This document shows positions 1 through 7,990 of a stretch of 64,000 bases of DNA, in pieces. Position 1 is the stretch's first letter. Each line of letters starts with the position of its first letter. The notes beneath the pieces are model-generated. The model was not told where the DNA came from. It was given only the letters and a program-made list of their open reading frames with translations, and searched no databases. The DNA comes from Dehalococcoidia bacterium (GTDB lineage: Bacteria; Chloroflexota; Dehalococcoidia; Lucifugimonadales; UBA3495): contig DAOUJS010000146.1 in assembly GCA_034422355.1 (NCBI GenBank), forward strand, positions 898 through 64,897. The letters run 5' to 3'. The position numbers and the translations under genes are program-made.

Positions 1-461
1 CACCGGAAAAAGAACTGCTGGAACACATTCCCTTCGAGATACTCGAGACCGCCCAGCATATCTCCAGCAGCGGACCCTTCCTGGTCGCCCAGGAGGTATT
101 GCCCGCCATGCGTGAGCGAGGCGAGGGGTCCATCCTGATTTCAAATAACGCATCATCATTGCGGGGGCGAAAGCGGTACACCGGGCAGTCGCTGTACTAC
201 CCGAGGGTGCTGATGCGCACGCTGGCGCAGGCGCTGACCGAGGAATATTCCGAGTACGGCGTGCATGTTGCCAACGTGGTCATCGACGGGACCATAGATT
301 CGCCGGGCACCCGGGCCCTCCCACGCTCCCAGCAGCAGCCTGAGTTGCTGATGAATCCCGTCAAGATCGCGGAAGCCTTCTATTACCTGCACACCCAGGA
401 CAGGTCCTGCTGGACGCACGAACTCCAGTTGACGCCCTTCGCCACCAAGCCGAGCTTCTGA
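1..461 (+). CDS. SDR-family short-chain dehydrogenase/reductase, C-terminal part (5' end outside window)
   Basis: The frame is open from base 3 (PEKELLEHIPFEILETAQHISSSGPFLVAQEVLPAMRERGEGSILISNNASS...), typical of the C-terminal half of an SDR. The TTG at 99 in the ORF track is internal. Confidence 0.8.
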   Translation, partial: PEKELLEHIPFEILETAQHISSSGPFLVAQEVLPAMRERGEGSILISNNASSLRGRKRYTGQSLYYPRVLMRTLAQALTEEYSEYGVHVANVVIDGTIDSPGTRALPRSQQQPELLMNPVKIAEAFYYLHTQDRSCWTHELQLTPFATKPSF

Positions 462-515
462 GGTCCATTGTCCCTTGGGGACTCATAGCTCAAGTTAATC
501 AGGGGGAGTATCCGA

Positions 516-1580
516 ATGGATGTCGGAATGATGATGATCTTCTCCAGTTACGGCTGGGAAGACGGATCGGACGGCCAAATGTGGGAGGAAGAGCTTCGCC
601 TGGCCGAAATCGCCGCCGACTCGGGGTTCGATTGCCTCTGGTCCGCGGAGCACCATTTCAACGATTACTCCTTCGTGCCGGACAATCTCCAGTTGATGAC
701 CCACATCGCGGCCAGGCATCCCAACATCGACGTTGGGACGGCTGCCGTGATACTCCCCTGGCACAATCCCCTGCGGGTGGCGGAAAACGCTGCCGTTCTC
801 GACCTGTTGAGCAATGGCAGGCTCCGGCTGGGGTTCGGGCGAGGTCTGGCGCGGCGCGAGTTCGAGACCTTTGGCATCAGCATGGACGAATCGCGGGAGC
901 GGTTCGACGAAGCTGCGCCGATGATTGTCGAAGCTCTCAGGACAGGATTCATCGAGAGCGGCGGTCCTTACTACAAGCAGGCGCGGACGGAGATCCGGCC
1001 ACGACCTCAGCATTCCTTTGACGGGCGCATCTACGCCGTTGCCGCCAGCGATGATTCCGTGCTCTCGGCGGCCAGGCTGGGGGCACACATCGTCATGTTC
1101 GCCGACCGTCCCTGGGAAATGCGGATGCCGGGGATCGAGCGCGGGCGGGCCCTGCACCGTGAATTTCACGGCACGGAGCCGCCTGCCCTGATGCTCACCG
1201 AGTTTGTGATATGCGGCGCCGACATTGCCCAGTGTGAAGAAGAAGCGCGCCGATACCAGGGAAAGTTTGTCGAGAGCAACTTCTATCACTACGAGTTCCT
1301 TGGCGACCACTTCCGGTCGGTGAAGGGTTACGACGCCTATCAGCAGAAGGCCGAGATCGCCCGTTCGGCCGGTCTCGAAGGGGCCATCGAAGGGTTTATG
1401 AAAGCCGCCAGTTGGGGCACTCCGGACAAGATTCTCCGGGGGCTTGAGGAGCGTCGTGCCCTGCTCGGCGATTTCGAGTGGAACGTCGCCTTCCGCTTCG
1501 GCGGCACGCCTTTCCATGTCGCGGAGCGGGGCCTCAAACTCTTCGCCGAAGAAGTGCTGCCGGTCCTGAAGTCCTGGTAG
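516..1580 (+). CDS. LLM-class (luciferase-like) flavin-dependent oxidoreductase
   Basis: 354 aa. Motifs LWSAEHHF, ILPWHNPLRVAENAAVLDLLSNGRLRLGFGRG. GGGGGAG SD 8 nt upstream of the ATG. Confidence 0.9.
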   Translation: MDVGMMMIFSSYGWEDGSDGQMWEEELRLAEIAADSGFDCLWSAEHHFNDYSFVPDNLQLMTHIAARHPNIDVGTAAVILPWHNPLRVAENAAVLDLLSNGRLRLGFGRGLARREFETFGISMDESRERFDEAAPMIVEALRTGFIESGGPYYKQARTEIRPRPQHSFDGRIYAVAASDDSVLSAARLGAHIVMFADRPWEMRMPGIERGRALHREFHGTEPPALMLTEFVICGADIAQCEEEARRYQGKFVESNFYHYEFLGDHFRSVKGYDAYQQKAEIARSAGLEGAIEGFMKAASWGTPDKILRGLEERRALLGDFEWNVAFRFGGTPFHVAERGLKLFAEEVLPVLKSW

Positions 1581-2155
1581 TCGCTGAAGCTGACGGCACG
1601 ATTGCGGCGGTGTCTCGCTTCGGGCGGCGGCCCTCCCGAAACGCAACGCCGCCTCCGTTCTACTGTCACACGGTACAGTGTCCACGACGAAGAGGCAGTC
1701 CATGCATCCGCCGTCGAGGTTAGGCGTCCGGACTTGAACGCCGTGCCTATGTTCCTTGGCGGTGCGGACTATGCAATAACGTAGACCGGGCGGAGCGTGG
1801 CCGAGAATACTCCCGCGGGCAAGAATACCGGCGAGCCGGCTGAGGCCACCGACTCCAGGGACGACACACTTCATATCTTTCCCGGAGAGGGCTGCGGTTA
1901 CCGGAACTCCAGGGGAATGTGACTCTTACGCGCAATCCGGCCAATCCTCCGCAATTGGCGGAAATGTCCGGATTTGGCCGGAAAAGTAAATTTTCCCGGA
2001 TTGACCGGGGCTGGGGACCGCCAAGCCGCCGCCAACCCGACCACCTGATGTAACCCACCTGAAATGCAACGCCGCCGACGTTTACCCCGCCTATCGTTGC
2101 GGGCTGGAGGCGGGTATACTCTCCCGGCAAACTGTGCAGGCCAGGTCGAGGCGAT

Positions 2156-2455
2156 ATGAGCGACGAGAAGAGAATCCTGTTACTGGGTAGATACGAGGAT
2201 GTGATGGACCAGATTACAAGGCTTCTGGAGTCAGTAGGGTTCACCGTGACCAGCACCGTCAGCGAGGGAGTGGCCATTGACATGGCTGGTTCGTCCAACT
2301 TCGACGCCCTGCTGATCGGAGAGGAACTGCCCCAGGAAGACCGGCGTTACGTGACCGTCGAGGCCCGCAGGAACGACCCAGGAGTAGCGGTGATCATCGT
2401 CGGCAGCCCGGAGTCGGTGTTGACCCAGATGAAACAGGCAGGAATCGACTTTTGA
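2156..2455 (+). CDS. small CheY-like receiver-domain protein (possibly a pseudo-receiver)
   Basis: 99 aa with a KRILLLG...FDALLIG...VIIVGS beta-alpha pattern like a response-regulator receiver. The conserved acidic pocket is not clearly complete. Confidence 0.5.
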   Translation: MSDEKRILLLGRYEDVMDQITRLLESVGFTVTSTVSEGVAIDMAGSSNFDALLIGEELPQEDRRYVTVEARRNDPGVAVIIVGSPESVLTQMKQAGIDF

Positions 2456-2510
2456 CGTATAAGACGTATAATAGGCTCCGCCCAGGTATCATATAAGGGG
2501 GTAATTGATC

Positions 2511-3227
2511 GTGAAATTGCTGGTGATCTCCGGCGGGAGGCACCCCTATCACGAGTCAACGCCGGTGCTGGAGGGCTTTCTCAAGGCGGCGGGGCATGAC
2601 GTGACCATCACGGAGGACGCTTCGGTCCTCGGGCGCGCCGGCGACATGGACCAGTTCGACGCGCTGGTGTTCAACACGCGCCGGGAGAACGTTCCCGATT
2701 TCGGGGACTCAACGCTAACGGTTGAAGAACGGAACGGGATAAAGGACTTCATCAGCTCCGGGAAGGGGTTCGTCTGCATCCACATCGCCACCTGCGTGCC
2801 CCAGGACTGGCAGGAATACCTGGACATCACCGGCGGCGGCTGGATCTCCGGCACGAGCTTCCATCCACCCTATGGCCAGTTCGAGGTTAACGTCAGCAAC
2901 TCCGGCCATCCCGGCGTCAGCGACGTGTCGGACTTTATGACCAACGACGAGCTGTACATGAACCTGGCCATGCGCGACGGCAACAACGTCTTCATCACCG
3001 GCACCGCGGGAGACGGGACCTATCCGTGGGGTCCGGACCGTGTACCGACCCACATGCCCGCGGGAACGTTCCCGTTGGGGTGGACCCGCCGGTACGGCGA
3101 GGGGAAGGTCTATGTCCTGCTGCTGGGCCACGACGGGCAGAGCTTCGAGACCCCCGGTTTCCAGAAGCTGGTGCTGAACGGGGTGGACTGGGTAACCTCC
3201 AAGTCAGGCAGCAAAGCCACGGTTTAG
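2511..3227 (+). CDS. ThuA-domain (trehalose-utilisation-like) protein
   Basis: KLLVISGGRHPYHES...FDALVFNT...GKGFVCIHIA pattern. GTG at 2511 is preferred over the ORF-track TTG at 2505 because the AAGGGGG SD lies 9 nt upstream. Confidence 0.85.
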   Translation: MKLLVISGGRHPYHESTPVLEGFLKAAGHDVTITEDASVLGRAGDMDQFDALVFNTRRENVPDFGDSTLTVEERNGIKDFISSGKGFVCIHIATCVPQDWQEYLDITGGGWISGTSFHPPYGQFEVNVSNSGHPGVSDVSDFMTNDELYMNLAMRDGNNVFITGTAGDGTYPWGPDRVPTHMPAGTFPLGWTRRYGEGKVYVLLLGHDGQSFETPGFQKLVLNGVDWVTSKSGSKATV

Positions 3228-3264
3228 GGACCGCACCCCTGACCCCGGGCCTTGAGACCAACAC

Positions 3265-3291
3265 GGGCTGCCCGGTAGTCCGGGGCAGCCC
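3265..3291 (+). terminator. GC-rich hairpin after the ThuA gene
   Basis: GGGCTGCCC (3265-3273) pairs with GGGCAGCCC (3283-3291). There is no clear T-tract. Confidence 0.4.
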
Positions 3292-3490
3292 GATGGCCCC
3301 TTCTCAGCGGCTTTGCCCGGATTCATCGGGCGGGGTTGCTTGAGAGGGGTTTCTTAAACTTGTCTAAAATTATAACCAGGACTGTTGATTCTCCTGCCCT
3401 CACATAGGTAACTTCAAAGCAACGCCCCAGTACATCCCGTGGCAGCGGTGGACCGGGGCGGCGAGTACCGGGTTGATTGGAGGTCGGGAG

Positions 3491-3667
3491 ATGGTCACCA
3501 GTAACGAGAGCATTGCCGTACTTAACGAGGAAGGACCAGTCAGCGAGTGCCGTCATCACTGGGTAATAGAGCCGGCCAATGGGCCTGTGAGCCGGGGAGA
3601 ATGCCTGAACTGTCACAGTGTCCGGGATTTCTATAACTCAATCCACGAGCCGGAACGGGAAGACTAG
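3491..3667 (+). CDS. small Cys-rich (zinc-ribbon-like) hypothetical protein
   Basis: 58 aa from the ATG at 3491, with a GGAGG SD 8 nt upstream. Contains C-x18-C-x2-C plus HH (CRHHWVIEPANGPVSRGECLNCH). Confidence 0.45.
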   Translation: MVTSNESIAVLNEEGPVSECRHHWVIEPANGPVSRGECLNCHSVRDFYNSIHEPERED

Positions 3668-3756
3668 AGGACAGCAAGCTATCCCGGCGCCGATTAGTCC
3701 GACAGGCGCCAAGGGACATCTGAATTGCTGTGGACCGGGACCCGGACTGTCCGAAG

Positions 3757-4608
3757 TCAGGCTCCCTTTGCGCCGCCGATGTCCCTGCGCTGGAACAGCC
3801 AGACGGCCACGGCCATAAGCACCGTGGTATAGACCAGCATGACCAACAGGCCGTGGAGGTTCCCAGTCATCGCGCCAGCATCGCCAAAGACGAGCATCCC
3901 TCCCTGGTCCCCACTGTTCGCATCATTGGCGATCCAGGCTTCTACAGCCCTGCCGAGAACGAAGCCAGCAAGACTATCGAACGTATCCGTCGTGGCCAGG
4001 ACTATCGGCACGATGGCTCCTTCAACGACAAACTTGTATACAAGGGTGATGGCCGTTGCCGTGTTTGCGGACGTGGTCAGGACGGCGAAGAACATGGCCA
4101 CGGCGATGTACGGGACGAACGCCAAGGCGGACTTGCCCAAGTGCACAAGTACGGTGGACCACTCGCCCGCTGTGGCGATTCCCCCTTCACCCTCGATGAC
4201 GCCCACCACCAACCCGCTGGCGCCCATCCCGACGCACATCACCAGCAGCCAGGCCACTCCCGTAGCCGCCATCAGCACGAAGATGGCTGCAAGGAATTGC
4301 CAGCGGGCAGCGCCCTTCGCAAGCACGGCCCGAAAGGTCCCCCAACTGTATTCCGACCCCAGTGCTGAAGAGGTCCAGATTACAATCGCCACCACAAGCA
4401 CTGTGTTCCCAAACGTGAGGCCGAGGCCAACACCGTTAGGGAGCAGCAGGGAGTCCAGAAATGCCTCTCCCAAGGCGTTCAGCGCGTACATGGCCCAGTA
4501 GAGGACTTGCGTCGCTGCGATCAGCACTGCCAGCAGCACCCACGGCATCCACCGCCGACGCAGCTTGAACCATTCCCATCTTACGAGGGCCGCGGAGTTA
4601 GAGGTCAC
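3757..4608 (-). CDS. ABC-2 type transporter permease
   Basis: 283 aa, polytopic and hydrophobic. Overlaps the stop of the upstream ATPase gene by 4 nt. Confidence 0.8.
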   Translation of the reverse strand: MTSNSAALVRWEWFKLRRRWMPWVLLAVLIAATQVLYWAMYALNALGEAFLDSLLLPNGVGLGLTFGNTVLVVAIVIWTSSALGSEYSWGTFRAVLAKGAARWQFLAAIFVLMAATGVAWLLVMCVGMGASGLVVGVIEGEGGIATAGEWSTVLVHLGKSALAFVPYIAVAMFFAVLTTSANTATAITLVYKFVVEGAIVPIVLATTDTFDSLAGFVLGRAVEAWIANDANSGDQGGMLVFGDAGAMTGNLHGLLVMLVYTTVLMAVAVWLFQRRDIGGAKGA

Positions 4609-5519
4609 GGCTGTCGCTCTCCATCGTCGGCGGTAACTTCCAGGAAATAACCTTCAAGGGACTGCCGGAGCGGCCACATCTCAGTTACGTAAACCTGGGA
4701 ACGGCTCAGGGCAGCGGTCAGTTCCCAGGCACGGGCTACCGGGCAGGTGACCACGAGGGAAGGACCGTCTACTGCCACGTCTTCAACCCAACTCAACTCT
4801 GCCAGAATCCGGCGGGCCTCCCCATCACTGGTGGTAATCAGCTTCACCCGTTCGCCGGAGCGAATGAGATCAGCCACAGTACCCTGAGCAATCAGCCGTC
4901 CCCTGGACAGGATAGCAACGCTGTCACACACCTGTTCAACCTCGTAGAGCAGGTGGCTGGACAGGAGCACCGTCCGGTTGCCGTCGCCAAGGCTGCGGAT
5001 AAGCTCTCGCACTTCCGCCATGCCGGCCGGGTCCATGCCATTGGTCGGTTCATCGAGGAAGAGAAGCTCCGGGCCGCCCAGGAGGGAGCAGGCAATTCCC
5101 AGCCGCTGCTTCATCCCCAGGGAATAGGTATGGTAACGGTCCCCGGCGCGGTCAGAAAGGCCCACCAGCTCCAACAGCACATCAACTTCCCCCGGCTTAC
5201 CCCGACCCAGGATTCCCTGGAAGTATTCGAGGTTGTGCCTGCCGGACAGGTAGGGATAGAAGGACGGGGTTTCAATGATTGCGCCGATGCGCCGCAGGGC
5301 TTCTGTCTGAGGCGTGTCCGTTCCCAAGAGCCAGTACGTGCCGGAGGTTGGGCGGACAAGGCCGAGCAACATGCCCATGACCGTGGTCTTGCCCGAGCCG
5401 TTAGGGCCCAGCAGGCCGAATACAGAGCCACGGGGCACTTCCAGGGAAAGTTGATCGACAGCCAGGACTCTACCAAACCTCTTGGTCAACCCCTGGGTGT
5501 GGATGACGAGGTCGTTCAA
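4605..5519 (-). CDS. ABC transporter ATP-binding protein
   Basis: Walker A GPNGSGKTT, signature-like YSLGMKQRL, Walker B LLFLDEPTNGMD. Confidence 0.95.
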   Translation of the reverse strand: MNDLVIHTQGLTKRFGRVLAVDQLSLEVPRGSVFGLLGPNGSGKTTVMGMLLGLVRPTSGTYWLLGTDTPQTEALRRIGAIIETPSFYPYLSGRHNLEYFQGILGRGKPGEVDVLLELVGLSDRAGDRYHTYSLGMKQRLGIACSLLGGPELLFLDEPTNGMDPAGMAEVRELIRSLGDGNRTVLLSSHLLYEVEQVCDSVAILSRGRLIAQGTVADLIRSGERVKLITTSDGEARRILAELSWVEDVAVDGPSLVVTCPVARAWELTAALSRSQVYVTEMWPLRQSLEGYFLEVTADDGERQP

Positions 5520-5706
5520 TGAAAACCTTTCAAGGCGCTAACTCGATCTGGACCACTCACCTTTGACGCAGCGGCCACAGATACTTTGCCGATGGTCCAA
5601 ACATGCGCGCAAGTCATCTGGATACGGGTTTGCACGGAAAACGGGCCTGTACTCAGCCTCTTCTCCGAGAGACGCCGGCGCCCGGAACCCTTGCTCCTGC
5701 GCCCTT

Positions 5707-5715
5707 TGCTATAAT
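5707..5715 (+). promoter_or_regulatory. extended -10 promoter element (TGcTATAAT) for selD
   Basis: TGCTATAAT lies about 27 nt upstream of the ATG at 5742. The -35 is weak. GAGG SD at 5735-5738. Confidence 0.45.
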
Positions 5716-5741
5716 GGGCCTCATCCCCTCAATGCGAGGCT

Positions 5742-6788
5742 ATGATGCAAAGCAGCGAAATACGACTGACAGAACTGTCTCACTGCGCGGGTTGAGCCGC
5801 CAAGCTCAGCATGGAGGACCTGGTCCAGGTCCTGAGTCAGCTACCCACGATCACCCATCCCAACCTGCTTGTGGGAACCGAGACCGGCGACGATGCGGCC
5901 GTGTACCGCATCAACCAGGATACGGCGCTGATACTCACCGTGGATTTCTTCACCCCGATCACGGACGACCCCTACGAGTTTGGGACAATCGCGGCAGCCA
6001 ATTCCCTGAGCGACGTTTACGCTATGGGCGGGCGGCCGATTTTGGCCCTCAACGTAGTGGGGTTTCCGGCGGACTTGGCCCGGGACATGTTGGGGCCGGT
6101 GCTGCGAGGCGGCTACGACAAGGCGGCGGAGGCGGGCTGCCTGATTGCCGGGGGCCATACTGTGGACGACTCGGAGCCGAAGTACGGTCTTTCGGTGGTG
6201 GGGTTGGTGGAGCCGGGGAACCAGGTTACCAACGCCGGGGCCCGTCCCGGGGATGTGCTGGTGCTGACCAAGCCCATCGGCACGGGGATAATCACCACCG
6301 GATGCAAGCAGGGAAAGACTCCCTATCCGGTCCTCCAGGGGGCGGTGAACACCATGGCCACCCTGAACAAGGCTGCGTCTGAAGTGATGATGATGGTGGG
6401 CGTCAACGCCTGCACCGACATCACCGGGTTTGGTCTTATGGGGCATTTGCGTTCGATGGTCCGGGGCAGCAACGTGAGCGCCCGGATTCGGTTCGACCAG
6501 GTCCCAGTCCTTCCGGGTACCTGGGACCTGTTGGAGGAGGGAGTTGTGCCGGGAGGGACTCACCGGAACCTGCAAGCCGTGTCCGACACCGTGCATTGGG
6601 AGCCTGGGACCACGGAGGAGATGCAACTCCTTATGTGCGATGCCCAGACATCCGGAGGGTTGCTAATGGCCGTCCCGCCGGAGGACCGGGACAAGCTTAT
6701 GTCCGGCCTGGATGACGCTGGAGTGTCAGCGGCGATCATAGGGGACATAGTGGATGGCTCGCATCACCAGATCCAGGTGCTGAACTAG
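5742..6788 (+). CDS. selD: selenide, water dikinase SelD, selenocysteine-containing (UGA at 5793-5795 read as Sec)
   Basis: The ORF track starts at 5811, but the same frame reads MMQSSEIRLTELSHCAG-TGA-AAKLSMEDLV from the ATG at 5742. This is the SelD N-terminal SHxAG(C/U)xxK motif. The remainder (GTETGDDAAVY, VDFFTPI, LSDVYAMGG) is canonical SelD. Confidence 0.88.
5805..5836 (+). promoter_or_regulatory. candidate bacterial SECIS hairpin
   Basis: CTCA (5805-5808) pairs with TGAG (5833-5836), and GGACCT (5816-5821) with AGGTCC (5827-5832). Apical loop is GGTCC. The hairpin starts about 10 nt after the UGA. Confidence 0.5.
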
Positions 6789-6880
6789 GGGCTGCCATTA
6801 CGCTCCGGCCACCTTATACTCGCGGCGGGACCAAACAAAAGGCCCCGCGGGGTGGGTTGCGGGCAGGCTTCCAGACCTCG

Positions 6881-6909
6881 TTGACACTATTTTGCCCGCC
6901 CGATAACAT
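6881..6909 (+). promoter_or_regulatory. sigma-70-type promoter TTGACA-17-TAACAT
   Basis: TTGACA at 6881-6886, 17-nt spacer, TAACAT at 6904-6909. Gives a leader of about 128 nt before the ATG at 7044. Confidence 0.5.
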
Positions 6910-6975
6910 GATTAGCGGACACAGCGTTGCCTCCGCCCGGCCTCGCCACACTATCGGAGCCGCTGTCAGACTGGA

Positions 6976-7033
6976 GACGGGTCCTATCCGCCGCTCCCCG
7001 GCCGGCACGCTGGCATGGGTGCGGCGTTCTCAG
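6976..7033 (+). repeat. dispersed ~57-nt repeat, copy A
   Basis: GACGGGTCCTATCCGCCGCTCCCCGGCCGGCACGCTGGCATGGGTGCGGCGTTCTCAG. Near-identical 5' module to copies B, C and I. Confidence 0.85.
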
Positions 7034-7043
7034 GAGGTGCCGC

Positions 7044-7661
7044 ATGTTGAGAAAACGGCCTGAACAAGTCAAGACCGCCCCTGACCAGGGTAAGGGAGAG
7101 CGCGTCCCGCCGGGTCAGTTCCTCACCACCAAGTTTCCGGTGCTAACCTACGGCTCCACACCCAAGGTGGACCTGGACACTTTTTCGTTAAAGCTGTTCG
7201 GGCTGGTGGAACGGGAGGTCGAGCTTAGCTGGAAGGAGTTCACGGGTCTTGAGTGGACCACGGTCACGGCAGACTTCCACTGCGTAACCCAATGGAGCCA
7301 GTTGGACAATACCTGGGAGGGAGTTACCCTGGCCACGGTCGCAGGGCTGGCGCGGCCAAAGCCCCAAGCCAAGTTCATCATGGCCCACTGCTACGGCGGT
7401 TACACAACCAACCTGCCGCTGGACCTGGCGATGGAAGAGGGGCTTCTCGCCCACAAGCAGGAAGGGAAGGAACTGGGAGAGGGTCACGGTTGGCCGTTAA
7501 GGCTCGTCGTTCCCAGCCGGTACGGGTGGAAAAGCGCCAAGTGGGTCAACGGCATTGAGTTTATGGCGGAAGACGCCCCCGGATTCTGGGAGCAGCGCGG
7601 TTACAACAATGACGCCGACCCGTGGAAGGAAGAGCGTTTCTGGCCTGAATTGACCCGTTAA
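7044..7661 (+). CDS. sulfite-oxidase-like molybdopterin-dependent oxidoreductase (soluble catalytic domain)
   Basis: FHCVTQWS, GWPLRLVVPSRYGWKSAKWVNGIEF. ATG at 7044 is preferred (AGGAGG SD 6 nt upstream). The ORF-track start at 6927 runs through the repeat. Confidence 0.85.
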   Translation: MLRKRPEQVKTAPDQGKGERVPPGQFLTTKFPVLTYGSTPKVDLDTFSLKLFGLVEREVELSWKEFTGLEWTTVTADFHCVTQWSQLDNTWEGVTLATVAGLARPKPQAKFIMAHCYGGYTTNLPLDLAMEEGLLAHKQEGKELGEGHGWPLRLVVPSRYGWKSAKWVNGIEFMAEDAPGFWEQRGYNNDADPWKEERFWPELTR

Positions 7662-7758
7662 CCCATCGGGCAGGCAATCCTGCCGCCTCACTGAACGCAA
7701 AAAGGCCCGGGGCCAGGCGAAAGCCCAACCCCGGGCCGATCCTTGGAACTCTACTACG

Positions 7759-7944
7759 TCAGGCGACCTTCAGTTCCTGTTCCCTTTCCTCACCGTGCGC
7801 CGGAGCGGGAGCAGACTGCTGCTCCACGAGAGGCAGGTCCTTCAGGTAACCACACTGGAGACAACTCAGGTACTTCCCGAAGATGTCCTCGGCAAGATAG
7901 AGGTCGCCACGGCATTTGGGGCAGAACTTGAACTTGATCATCAC
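7759..7944 (-). CDS. small zinc-ribbon protein
   Basis: MMIKFKFCPKCRGDL...CLQCGY (CxxC-x17-CxxC). Strong GAGGAGGAAAGGAG SD directly upstream. Start is GTG at 7944 or ATG at 7941. Confidence 0.5.
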   Translation of the reverse strand: MMIKFKFCPKCRGDLYLAEDIFGKYLSCLQCGYLKDLPLVEQQSAPAPAHGEEREQELKVA

Positions 7945-7990
7945 TCCTTTCCTCCTCGCGGGTGTCTCCTTCCTCTCTTAGCTCACTCAC

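Noticed and set aside
495-1874. Long ORFs antisense to or overlapping well-supported genes. Examples: 495-1874(-), 10366-11283(-), 18089-19201(-), 19632-20678(+), 23497-24354(-), 37503-38672(+), 43424-44461(+), 54763-55977(-), 58077-59027(-), 59012 N-terminal extension, 5603-6382(+).
   Set aside because: They are typical high-GC shadow ORFs. Their translations are Arg/Pro/Gly/Ala-rich low-complexity sequence without motifs. The opposite or alternative frame encodes proteins with clear family signatures.
2452-2472. TTGACG plus TATAAT as a promoter for the ThuA gene, and the GACGTATAA tandem duplication.
   Set aside because: The spacer between the hexamers is only 9 nt, so they cannot act together. 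A lone TATAAT is insufficient evidence.
3226-3315. Possible further degenerate repeat copies: after the ThuA stop (TAGGGACCGCACCCC...CCTTCTCAG) and at 47360-47404 (CCGGATCCGGGG...GTGTTCAGTG).
   Set aside because: Only short terminal similarities are present, and the lengths differ (about 88 nt and 45 nt). This is too weak to call without a statistical model. It is mentioned so a genome-wide profile search can test it.
5811-6788. The ORF-track start of selD at the M at 5811.
   Set aside because: The upstream frame reproduces the SelD N-terminal active-site motif once the TGA at 5793 is read as Sec. The 5811 start would delete the catalytic Sec/Lys loop.
6976-7033. Integron attC (59-base element) interpretation of the ~57-nt repeats.
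   Set aside because: The length is suggestive. However, the termini (GACGGATCC / CGTTCTCAG) do not fit the RYYYAAC / GTTRRRY core sites, the ends are not inverted repeats of each other, and there is no intI or cassette array.
6916-7043. Molybdenum-cofactor riboswitch interpretation of the structured leader before the Mo-enzyme gene.
   Set aside because: The conserved part is a repeat that also occurs before an MFS gene, after a SWIM gene, antisense in the heat-shock leader and inside hemA. It is therefore not specific to Moco genes. I also cannot match it to the Moco motif from memory. A cmscan would settle this.
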